Origin: Marsupella aquatica
Lineage: Eukaryota; Plantae; Marchantiophyta
Assembly: GCA_973895155.1 (NCBI GenBank)
Contig: OZ316893.1
Span: 7,278,963-7,342,962, forward strand
Reading direction: 5' to 3'
DNA: 64,000 nucleotides
Shown here piece by piece: positions 36,451-48,003 of the stretch; within the stretch, counting starts at the first letter, position 1, and each line of letters starts with the position of its first letter. A program made the position numbers and the translations under genes. The notes under the pieces were generated by a model. It had not been told where the DNA came from and did no database searches. It saw only the letters and a list, made by a program, of their open reading frames with translations.

Positions 36451-39400
36451 AGTGAGAGTTGGATGTGTCGAGCTGAGAGAGGTCTTAGCAGCTTAACCAA
36501 GCCTATTGGGGATCATTCCGGCGGCGGAATCCAAACATACCTAACCAGAAGGAGAGGAAGACAAGGGAAGGCCTAGATTAGGCCGGCTACGTATCTCATG
36601 ACCCGATGAAGGATCTGTCCAGTATATGTGTGTAAAATGTTAATAGTAGTAGTAGAAGGAAGTTACCAGCGTCCCATGCCGCTAAGCCGTGAAAACGGCC
36701 TCGCCAAGCGCGAAACCTGCGGGAATCGGCTTGCGTTGGGGGGGTTCCTTGGGTTTAGGGAGCCATGGGACGCACCACAGGGATTCTTCCCAAATGGAGT
36801 AACAATTGATCAGATGTTTGAGAAGACGCGTTCTCAAATAAGTGGAGTTGACCTAGTGTTTGGATTTCTCTACGTAAAGAAGCACATGCATGACAATGCG
36901 GACAGTGTGGACCCTCCGTCTACTTGGATAGTTCAAAGGATGATTGATAAGGCACATTTTTCATACGAGCAAGCAATCGACAAGAGTTTCATTTTTTGTC
37001 CAGAGTTTCAAGAGGCCGCGTGCCGGACGTGGATTTCAGAGATGAAGAAAAAAGAAGCAAAGCATAAGGCAAAGGAGAGAAAGAAGACAATGGAAAGAAG
37101 TGCGCAATCAAAGACAGAGAAGAAACGAAAGCTTCAAGAGCCGGTTGTTCAACAAGAGAAACAATCTGGGAGTTCACGCCGTAAGAAGATGGCTAAAAAA
37201 ATGAAGATGATGAGGGCCCCCAAAAAAAGCAGACAAAGAAGGCAAAGGTTGCGAAATCAAAACCAATGTCAGGGTCGACTTTAAACTTTGTCTTGCATCC
37301 AGAGGATGATATGTGTCCGACAGAAGGACCCAAAGAAGATGATGTGCTCAAAGGCCAAGAGGTTTTGCGTAATATTGAGCAGTATTATACTTTTGGCATC
37401 CGCAAAGTTTTTGATATTCCTGTAAAAAGTATTAATCCGCCATCGGCCATTTTTGTATGTTCAATCTTTCGCATGCAATGGAGATATCAAAGTCTATGAT
37501 GAAAAACCCTGGATAGGAACCACAAGTTGCTGATTTGATTCCGTATCACGAGAGCACTAAACAGTTGCTTCATTATGACAACACACCTCAGGATAGGAAA
37601 GAGTTTTTGATTGGTGTGAAGAAGCATGAGATCCAATTCCTTGCCATCAGTGGCCAGCATTCTGCAAGAGCTGCCCAATGGATCCAAGGGTGGGCCGAAA
37701 CTGACGCCAAGTTGACAGATCTTGCCAACAAACTAAAGTATAGGAAAGCAAGGATCCTATCTGTCCTCACTCCGAAGACAATTTTGGTTGAGCATTCAAG
37801 TTTATCGAATGCTGTCAATGATACTATGCAATTTAAGTCTTGTTTTTTAGAGAATATTGTTCATGCACGAAGGCAGTTTTAGGAGTGCGGGAAACCGCCG
37901 CGTCCAGGGATTGGGACCAATCAAAATACAGACAGGAAAAACTATCAGGTACATGTTGGAGCAACGCAAACTATTCTTGATCCGCTTTGTTTAAAGATTA
38001 TCAATGGTAGAGGTTTGCCTCGCCCCAAGGGTGAGGCTGCCTTTTCTTGTTTTCCTTGGTGAGAAGATTAAAGCAAATGTTTGCCTCGCCCTCAGGGCGA
38101 GGCAACCTAGACTAGTCTCTCTAAGAATAATTCCCTAGTTCCGTTTGAGTCAATTGCGGTTAGATGTAGAGGTTCGCCAAGCCCTTGGGGCGAGGCGGCT
38201 TAGCCTGTTTCAAACATAGGTATAAATTTTCTAACATATGCATTGTACCCTGAAACTAATGTCAAGTCCATTGGATATGCAGGATTGGTTTGCCCTGGCA
38301 AAGGTTACAATGGGGAAGTCAAGCCTAAAGAGCATTTATTGGTTACTTTTTGCCGAAGATGAGCTCTTTGAATTATGGCGGAACGTGTGTGAAAAATGGT
38401 TGAGTGGGAAGCTCCAAGACGGGGCTGGTGGGTATGGAGGGCCAAGACCCCCAAAATTGATCACTCCCGGTACCTTTTAATGCTTTGAAGGAGAGATTAG
38501 TAGCAAACAGATAATTGAGATCTTGAAGGACGTTGAAGAGGAGCGTGTCTTGCTGAAGAAGGATATCACCAACAAATCAGAGCTTGTCGCAATGGGAGAC
38601 TTGGCCCTTACAATCAAGATAATGTCCAAATTGAGAACAGTCATTATTGGCTATTTCGTGGAAAAGTATCGTGAGAAGTTTCCTGTTGGCACATCTTGGG
38701 AGTCTCTGGTGATATTGTTGCCTTCCTTGAAATCTGAGCTTGAGATGACAAAATTGAGGAGAGCAGCGGGTGAGGTTTACCTCAACAATTCATTGAAGAA
38801 GAATGTGGTCAAGGAGAGTTTCCCACAAAGTCTGATGGTCAGACTAGATGGGTTGTATTGTAAAGAATTTGGTGGGATTGGTCGTTCTCGCACGGAGCCT
38901 TTCTTGACATTTTTTAGTGAGAATTTGATGAAGACGACCGTGCCAGAAATGCTACAAGAGCCTTCGCCTTTGTGTCCTCTTGCCATTGTTGACTTCAGTA
39001 GGCTCCGACAACATGTTTGGACCGATGCTGAAATTATTGCATTACTGCAATACATTGTGGATCTTCCAAGAAATCCAACAATTGTTGTTGTCATGACTGT
39101 GCATTCGGGGCCACTTGCTGCAAACATTTTGAGTGCCCTTAGGAAATTGCAACATGAAAAGGGAATGGACATCCACGTTGACTACGGGAGCTATCGACGG
39201 AGTGATACACCAGTTCCAGAGGGCTTACTTTTCAGTTGTGGTATGGAGGAGATAATCTTTGCAGGAATCACCACTGAGGAGAAATTTGATTGGAAGCAAG
39301 TGTTCAGGCCTGGATTTAATTGCCAATTTTCTTACAATTCGGCGATCGACCCTGATTTCCAAGTGGAAGACAAGACGGAGAAGCGAGATAAGAATAAGAG

Positions 39401-40900
39401 TAAGACAAGTAAGGAGACAGAGACTGAGTCAACTTCGGCATTTCACATTGGAGATTTCTTACAAAAGGCTCCCATGTTTGAGATGGTGGGAAGTAGAGGT
39501 GGCTTTGTGAATATTCACGCTAAGCCAAAATCTATGCTGCAGAGTATTATTGAATTTTTTTCGGCTGAAGGGGAGACTATACTTGACTTTTTCTCGGGAG
39601 GACAGGTTATGAAGGTGTCATTGTTGTGTTTCAGAGAATGCTTTGCGTATTCAGACACTGAGGATGAATATGATTTCACTCAGGCATATGGAAGGGTTCT
39701 CTGCGAGAAAGTTCCTTCCATAATGAGTGACCGGATTGGCGGTTCCAAATTTGGTAGAGCCCGCGATGGGATTTCCGAGCATGTTGGTGCCAAAGAAGGC
39801 GTAGACCAGGGCGAAGATGATATTGAGGAAGGAGAATTGGGTCACGACACAGACGACAGGGTCACCCAAAATTTGGATGAACGTGGAACACAAGTGGTAG
39901 GTATTCCCTACTTTGGTGTGGGGTTGGCTGATGTTGTGGGTCGACCTGAGGGCGACCCACCAAGAAATCCCTTTGCCGGTGTAGAGAATTGGATGCACCA
40001 ATCGGACCCAGATCTTACATCGTCCACATCGGACGCACATTGGAAGGCAACCGTAGATGGTCTAGGCAATATTGACGCAGTAGAATTGGGAGAAATGTCA
40101 GACATTGCGCTTGCAAAGGAGGATGATCGTCATGTACCTGAGACCACTGCAAATGAAGAAGAGAAGGGAGGTGCTTCAAATCCTCCCCTATCTCCTCTAT
40201 ATTGCTCATCAGAGACTAAATTGGTTTTTACAAGTGCTTCTACAGGAAGCCCCGTAGTATTATCATTTTCACAAAATTCTGGATCCGAGATCGGCAGGAC
40301 TGGATATATGAAAACAGTCCGTCCTGCAACTCATTTTATATGGAGAAATGGACCAAAGGTTGGAATGATAGAATCACTAGACGATGCTCCAAAGATAATG
40401 GCAAAATCAGATTACAAAAAACTGAACTTGAGACTGAGCCCAGTTTTTGCACCCCCATCCTTTGAAGAGCAACTTCCCAGTGGTATCAATTCCGAGATAC
40501 AGAGTGTTCTAGGTGATCAAACAATAGATGAATTTGGGCATTTTAGCATTGGAAATTATTAGCCCTTTCTTTGGTTCTTGGTATTTTAATGACAATCTAA
40601 GCTTTATCTTTGTAATAATATACTTTGTTACAGACCAAAGTTCCGTCGTAGAATCTCCTTCCTCAAAGGATTTTGTTGGCATTCCCTCGGAAAGCGTTGC
40701 TGTGGAGGAAGGGTTTGACCCAGGTATACTTTGGATCTAAAAAATGGCAATTGAATGTAATTAATGTTTTTCTAGGAGGGTCGCCCCAGGGTCGTTCCTC
40801 TCTACTTCAAATGCTATAACAAAGTTTGTTTGATTTCAAATTTTGAGAGTTTTCCTCCGTAGTAATTGTTTAAACTTTGAGTCGCATTGACTAAGGGCTT

Positions 40901-41611
40901 ATGTTAATGTTTCCAGAATTCACTCCAATACTACACTCTCCGATCCGGCGAAAGCTCTTGGTTCTTGACCTTAACAAGATTTGTTGGGATTGCATTAAGA
41001 CCAGAAGCTCAGGACCATGGCAAAATCAGACAAGTTTACGTGGTGTGCACTGGGGGAGACGTGGAGGGTTTAATTTCATGTATGTGGAGCGCCCATACCT
41101 CCACGAATTTCTATATGCAGCTTTCATGGTTTTTGACGTCGCAATTTGGACCTATGCAAGGAGGCCAAAAACAATGGACTTAATGGAGTTGATTTTCACT
41201 GAGGAGGAGCGACAGGAGTTCAAGTTTGTCTTTACTCAAGAAGATACCTTTGATAGTTGCATCCAAAGGCCAGATATAACAGATGGGAAGGCCAATTTAC
41301 TTCTGAAGAATTTGCAAACCATTTGGGACCGTTTTCCAGAAAAATATGATGCTTCTAATACAGTTCTTATTGATGATTCTCCATTGAAGGCATTTTTGAA
41401 TCATGACGTGAATGGATTGTTTCCAAATCCATTTACTCACACAGCTTCAAATGACACTTTTTTGCCCAAGATATTATGGCCGTATCTTTGCAAATTGAGA
41501 AAGGCTTACTGCGTTCAACATTATATCACTGTCAACAATCCAAAGTGGTCTGTTTTCAATTTATTAACAAGCAAGGAGGATCATGCTGCCATCTATGCTC
41601 TTTTGGAATAG
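40901..41611 (+). CDS. FCP1-homology (NIF/CTD-phosphatase-like HAD) domain exon
   Basis: KLLVLDLN, ERPYLHEFL, FDVAIWT, LKNLQTIW, YDASNTVLIDDSPLKA, NGLFP. The catalytic DxDxT motif is altered to DLNKI. Confidence 0.8.
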   Translation: MLMFPEFTPILHSPIRRKLLVLDLNKICWDCIKTRSSGPWQNQTSLRGVHWGRRGGFNFMYVERPYLHEFLYAAFMVFDVAIWTYARRPKTMDLMELIFTEEERQEFKFVFTQEDTFDSCIQRPDITDGKANLLLKNLQTIWDRFPEKYDASNTVLIDDSPLKAFLNHDVNGLFPNPFTHTASNDTFLPKILWPYLCKLRKAYCVQHYITVNNPKWSVFNLLTSKEDHAAIYALLE

Positions 41612-44529
41612 AAGTGGGGAGATTGTTGTTGTATCCATAGGGAGTTTGGAACCATCTTGGATGTGACTCCTGAAGAGATTCCTTGGGACGGAAAGAACGA
41701 GGTGCAGCATTACCCACCACTGGAGACGTGGACCACGGATGAGATCGAAGAAACTGCAAACGTAATACTTGGAGACAACTATTCTGGTCCTCATACACAA
41801 CATAGAAGGCATTTTATTTGGAAAGTTCTCAGAACTAGGGATCTCACCAATAAGTTTAAGAACCACCATGCGAGAGATACTTGCAACCGTGACATCCGCT
41901 ATGATAAATCAGGAAGCAGACTTTCTTGTTCAAATGAGTTTTGTCTTGATCATTAGGAGATAGGGTTGCTCTAGTGCCTACCCTGAATTGTACATTCATA
42001 TTATGTCTTGAAAGGATATGTTTTGAACATGTAGGATAAAGTAAATAATTAGGATATATGCTTAGTGTGAGGCTCTCTCACTGGACTGGACAATTTAATA
42101 ATTATATAGTGGGTCAATCTCATTTTGACCCTTGATTTATGACCATCTATATTTTTTAATTTATAGATGGTCTGAGTGTTATTGGCCTCTGATTTTTGGA
42201 CTAAATTAAATTTACTCTAATTTTTAAATTAATTAGAATATATGATTTAAGTTATTATTAAACATTTGGGTGAAAAAAAACAAAATTTTGGGCGTTCAAA
42301 AGTGTATATTTGGGCTGAAAAAAATTAGCTTTTGGGAATGCTTTAATAGAAATTTGGCCTGACAAAAAATAACTTTAGGGTTCATCTCATGGACTTTTAA
42401 AAGTATAGTTTTAATGAATATAGTGATCCTTGCTTACAATCTAGACATTCCAAGTTAACTGAAGAAATCTGCATTCAGGCAACATCTAGGATAAGGAAAA
42501 CTGCTACTATTCAAGGTTTAGGGTTATGGTAGATACTTTTAAAATGGATCGGAGGAAATTGACATACCATAGAGGTTCCAGGTAAGATAATGTTTGGAGC
42601 GCCTTGAAGCGAAGTGCCTTTTGGCAGAGCGGAGCGCCTTTCAGCTAGCGCCTTTAGTTGCAGCATGCGCATGGGGTGAAAGATTGCGTATCAAAATAAT
42701 ACTAAACCAATGTTGAGAGTGCTATGTGCAATCAATAACTGGTGCCTCAGCTTGCCAGACTGCATGTTCTCGACTACTAAAGGTGCCCAGTGCCATCAAC
42801 ACACAACGATGTTGGACCATTTCCCTGCCCAATGAGCCGGTTGATCATAGTTGTGCAACTGCTTACAGCCCACGACCTTAAATGTTGATCAGACGCCGCC
42901 TTCAGTTGAGGTATTAAATTTTCTATTACCTACTTACCCATCCCTCTGCTGTGGCGCTCTAAACTGAAATGAAAATTGTCTACTATATATCTTGCTGAGA
43001 TAGTAGACTGTAGCCCCAAACTCGCCATTGCCGGTCCAAAAGCAATGGTTCCCACTAGCTGAATGCGGAGCTTTCCGGACCTATAGTTTGATACTATTTA
43101 TGGTTCTTCCTTTGCATACAGAAGTGAGAAAATCAGAGAACAATCCAACAACCAAGTCCAAGGGGGAGTCTAGTGTCAATGCCAATGATCCTCTCGATCT
43201 GGCCATGCAATGGCATACATCTTCACAACCAAGAGGATCACACTGCGCCAGAAGAAGCTTTCGGCCAATGATCTCGTGAAACGACAGGTTCCTCCCATGT
43301 CTGTCTGTTTGACACTTTGATTCGTGAAGCTTGGACTCCAAGCGGCCATGCTCACCACAAACCTAGTGAGCCAAGTGGCCACAATCTCCTAACAGTCGTT
43401 GCATTTCCATTTCCATTTCCATTTCATTTATAAGAATCATCTCCGAGTTGTTCGTGTAGCAATCACTGGCACACTCTGGCACAATGTGATGCCTAGCCAG
43501 GAATCACTAGGCCAGTTAAGTGGGGAAAACGGAGGTGTACCCTATAAACACATTAGTATAGTAACAAAAACAAGGAAAATATAAACAATTAAGGGTGACT
43601 ATGGAACCCGGGCCGAGGCCGGAGGTAAGGACGCCGCGGGAGAGAACACGATTAGGGTTAGGGCGCGCTAAGCATCGGCGGCTAGGGGTAACCAACGGGA
43701 GGAAAGACCAGAGGAGGAGAGGGGTAAGGACCGCTCACGAGGAATGGTGGCTCATTTGCAAGCACAAACTGGGTAGACGACTACGGAAGGCCAACTACTG
43801 TCAGCTGCTTAGGCAAGCACTCTGGGCGGGAGCAGATACCAACGATCGAGTCAAGGAGGGTATGAGCAACGTCAATCAAGCGGCACATTTTTGGGGATGC
43901 TTGTTCAAACGGGCAACTGAGTACATTAGGACTTACGAGAACGAAGAATCAGAGAGAGCAGCTCGAGAATGGCAAGAGCTCGCTCAACTGTGGGAGCTAC
44001 AAAAGTCTGCCTTCTTAGGAGGAGAACTCATCAAGGCCGAGTTCTTGTGGACTCCTACTGCCAATCAGCTCGATGACCTTCTATTTTGCGAAGACAGAAT
44101 CGTCGGCATTCGGGAAGCCATCAACCGCTGCAACGACGCGCACTGGGAGTTGAAGGGTAGCACGGAGGGGTGGACGAAGACAACTATGCTAGGAGAAACA
44201 TCCATGGCAGCCTAGATGAAGAGGAAAGGAAACAACAACGAAGAGGCCACCCCGGAAAAAAGAACGAGGTCGGTGGCACCAAGGAAGCCAGCAGAGCAGC
44301 AGAACAGGAGGCAGGGAGAAGCCAAAGAGGAGGAGGTCGATCCCATCAATGCCATTCCAACAAAGGATGACACCTGGAAAGGCTGGGCGGCGACCCTACC
44401 AGAGGAAGTGCAATTACATTTTGCACGGGAGGAGGATGCATGCTTTACGGCCATGCAGACCATGAAGTACCAGGGCTTCATGGTCGGATCCGGCTTGGAA
44501 GCCTTCGTAAGATTACCATGGCTGAAGCC

Positions 44530-44732
44530 CCCTGGGCCCGCAGTCTTACCTAATACATGGAGGACATGCAAACGCCCAAAGGGTAATTTTTATTCATTTT
44601 GAACTAATAATTATAATTATTACCGGTAATAAGGGAACTTTTAATAGTAAAATAGAAATAACAAGGGGTAAAGAGGAAAAGGGCCCGATCGCAGGGGGGT
44701 CCACTTCTTTTACACAGAGTGAGGGCCCAGGG
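44530..44732. mobile_element. MITE, 203 bp, 10-bp TIR, 8-bp TSD
   Basis: CCCTGGGCCC / GGGCCCAGGG; TSD CTGAAGCC (44522-44529, 44733-44740). Removing it restores LPWLKPEVPD. Confidence 0.92.
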
Positions 44733-45768
44733 CTGAAGCCGGAGGTGCCAGACTCAGACTTATTAGAATTCGTGGGATCATGGGAACTCGAGACCAATTC
44801 CACGAGGGTGTATGGGAAGGATTTCTATCTCACTCCCCGGGTGATTGCCGAGGTGTTTGGCTTGCCGATGGGTAATAAGACCAAGGTTGATACCAAGAAG
44901 ACCTTACCTGACAAGGAGTTCTGGTTGTTCCCAGGACCATCAACAAAGAATGGCTTCTTCCGGAACACCTACACCAACCCGCACATCGGAGAGATGATCG
45001 ATTTCTTACGGGTGACCATGCATTGTAACTTGCCAAGGGCAGAGATCGGCAAGGCTCAGGTCTACCTGGCAGAAAGCCCAGACCCAAGTCGGGATTACAA
45101 CGGGTACCTCCTCAACCAACTGAAGAAGATCTTGAAGGAGGAACAGCAGGTGATCGGCGTGGGAAGCGTGTCCCAGCTTGGCTATCACATGCCGCTGTTG
45201 TGCCGGTATGCCTGAAGTCAAATCTTTGCCCCAGTACTTCCCCTATCGGCAAGGGCACTGGAGGAGGTTCCGGAGCAGAGGCCGGCAACAAAAGAGCCCA
45301 ACCAGCCTGCCAGTCCTATGATCGAGCAGGTGTTTCGGCCAAGGAAAGAAGACTTGCCGATGCAACAATCAGGCATGCAGAATCTGCTGAAATTGCTAGA
45401 GAAGGAGAGAACGGCACCGGCAACGGCACTGGCAACGGCACCAGCAACGGCACCGGCAACGGCACCGGCACCGGTATAGGACACTGCCCTAGAGGCCGGC
45501 CTAAGCCGACTCAGGAGGGAAAACCCCTTTACCGGAGCCAAGGAGAGAAGGAGGTCGGAACACAAGCTTGGAGTTTGAATGTATGTGGGAGCCTCAAGCC
45601 CCTAATCGGAGGCAGAGCAGCCTAAGGCTCCTTCCGGCGGAAAGCAAAGGGAGAGGACAGCCTGGACACCAGAGGAGGAACCAGAGTCCGTGATCTGTGA
45701 GGCCATTTTCACGGCAGGACCAGGGGAACAGAGGGGGAAGCCGGGAGTCCAAGCAGTGGAGGAGGCGG

Positions 45769-48003
45769 TGTCCTGAGGATAAGCAAAGAGGTGGGAAAGG
45801 GCCTCAAGGGACACGCAGGGTGTATGGCTGCTTGAGATAGGAAACGGTTGCAAACAAGACAAAGTATCTACCCTAACCTTTCATCCACATCATCACAAGC
45901 AAGCAAGCATGCTTTCGAAACTCAAGCCATTTACATACTCATATCCAATCACAATCAAAATAACTAGTTCAAGCTTCCCAATGTAATCCTCACAAGTCTA
46001 AGCCCAACATTCAATTGGTCACCATTCCTTTTCCAACACTTGATTGCACACAATCCCTTGCAACCCTCTAAGGTACACAAGTTCAAGCTTACATCAATGT
46101 GGTCAAGTTAAGGGTCACTCTTGGTTGTGGCTAAGACAAGTGGGACATCCAAAGGTATGCAAGGCATCTCTATGCACCATTCAAACATCCAACTTTCAAA
46201 ACATGGGAAACTACTTTCGAAAAGTGACCTAGGGTTGGTCAACAAACTCCTTAACAAACATGGAATTGACCTTAGTCCCTTCCTCTAGTAGAACCACCAA
46301 GTATAATCCACAAACAACCCATTCCATCAATCGAAAATGCCTTCACTCTTTACTCTTGCAACTTCCCTCATGCATAATAACTACTTTCGAAAGTACCTTC
46401 ATTCAACCCATCTACTTTCAAAAACACCTTCAAGCTCACAACAACATTCGAAAATGGCAGAAGACATTCATTCTAACCATTCCATCACTCATAGCCAAAG
46501 CAAGGCATCAACACACATCTCAAAAACGAGGATACCTCTCCTCTAAATGCATAGCAAGAAGGCACATGTAGCATCATGGCCTCCAAGTAAAAACATGGGT
46601 CACAAGCAAGACCCTCCTAGCAAAAATGAATCATCACCAAGTCTAATCATCAACCAAGCATTCAAAATCCCTCCATAGCCTATCCAAGCTTCAAAACCCT
46701 AGTCTCCTTCTCTCATACTTCCTTCTTTCAACCAAATCTACTTTCGAAGCTTCAAGTCAAGGAGTTTACAAGAGAGTAGGCCTTCTTAGTGAGCCATCTC
46801 TAATGCAAGACTCCCAAGCTTCAACAAGATTAGGTCTCATCTCCTCTAAGCTTTCGAAAATCTCCTACAAGTCCATTCTCCTCAAAACTTGAAGCAACAA
46901 ACCTACATTCGAGTATGCCTTCTTGTGGGCAATCTCTCATGCAAGCTCCTTATACTTCCTACTCACATCCTACCTCCTTCCTAAGGCTTCGAGTCAGCCT
47001 CTCCTACATTCGAAACCTCTCTCCAAATCCTTAGAAAAACCATCACAAAACTCAATCTCTTCACATTCAAAGCTTCTACTCCATCTATCTCTTCACAAAA
47101 TTGCCTCTACATCTCCTACCCTCAAAATCCTAAGCCCATGGCCAAGGAGGAGGGCTCCCCCTTCACTCATGCCTCATGCTCGAGCTCCCCTCAAGAGGTT
47201 CGCTCCTACCTATTCAAAACTTACTCAAAGACTCAAAAACTGCCAAAAGCGGCAGCACTTTAGCAGCATCACGGTGTGAGAGAGAGCCCACCCTTCGAAC
47301 TCTCCTCTTTAGTACTCTCGTGGGAAGGCCTGGGGCAAGGCACAAGCCCTCCACTTATGGTTTAAGTCCTCGACAATTTTCAGCCCTTGATCATCCATCA
47401 AAAAGATCTAAGGGTCAAAAATGAGCCAAAATACCATCCTTTGTAACTTTGTAACCAAATGAGGCTTCGCACTTTCGAAAAAACCTCGACCTCCTCCAAA
47501 CCCTAAGGCACGTCCTCATCCTCAATCCTATCCATTCATCCATTGACTCAACCAAGATCCACCGTTGATGTAGGTTCAATGAATCTAGTCCTTATTTCAC
47601 AAAACTAGGAATCTGGCCCATATCTCACAAAACTGATGCACTTGGACCAAACCCTCTTACATGCCTTGAACCTGGTCACCTCCTCCATGTATTCAATGAA
47701 CCTGGTCACCATGTCGCCAAAACCCTAGATACCTTGCTTGTTGAGCAAGCAACCTCCATTCTGCCAATCCGCCAAATGATAACTTAATCGCTGGTCACAA
47801 ATGAAAAACATACCCCACAATAGTAACAAGGGTGGGTAGGCTCGACCTCATCCCTACCTTGACCCTCATAACTCTACTTCCTCCTTCACATTGGTCAAGT
47901 TAGCTCAAGTCAAGTCAACTTGCCCAAGTTAGAAGCAAAAATTGGTTTCAACTTCCTTCACAAAACATGAGGATTCCTCCTTTAGGATGGAAACCTCATG
48001 ACA
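45769..48003. mobile_element. Family E solo-LTR-like unit, 2235 bp, 4-bp TSD
   Basis: TGTCCTGAGG...CCTCATGACA (9/10 inverted). TSD GCGG (45765-45768, 48004-48007). Removing it restores EEAVED of the B ORF. No long ORF. Confidence 0.85.

Larger units (their letters stand above)
33616..36779 (+). mobile_element. Family B solo-LTR-like unit with two internal deletions
   Basis: TGTGATGCC...GCACCACA with TSD GGGAT (33611-33615, 36780-36784). Lacks the ORF N-terminus (junction near 33692) and C-terminus (junction near 35568). Confidence 0.92.
32370..41956 (+). pseudogene. Multi-exon gene: ParB/Srx-like + degenerate beta-class DNA amino-MTase-like + FCP1/NIF phosphatase-like domains; disrupted by a family B insertion, stops and frameshifts
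   Basis: ATG 32370. Candidate GT-AG introns 32539-33259, 37949-38282 and 40724-40916 (the last two are phase-consistent). Frame reads MG|FFPNG across the B insertion. Motifs FLAISGQHSARAA; NIHAKPKSMLQSIIEFFSAEGETILDFFSGG; KLLVLDLN...RPYLHEFL...NTVLIDDSPLK. Confidence 0.6.

Noticed and set aside
36628-37284. 218-aa ORF starting inside the B LTR end
   Set aside because: Chance in-frame fusion of LTR sequence with the interrupted exon; the real upstream exon ends at 33615.
43028-43382. Short ORFs vaguely like a tyrosine-recombinase N-terminus
   Set aside because: No catalytic motifs and no continuation; unsupported.
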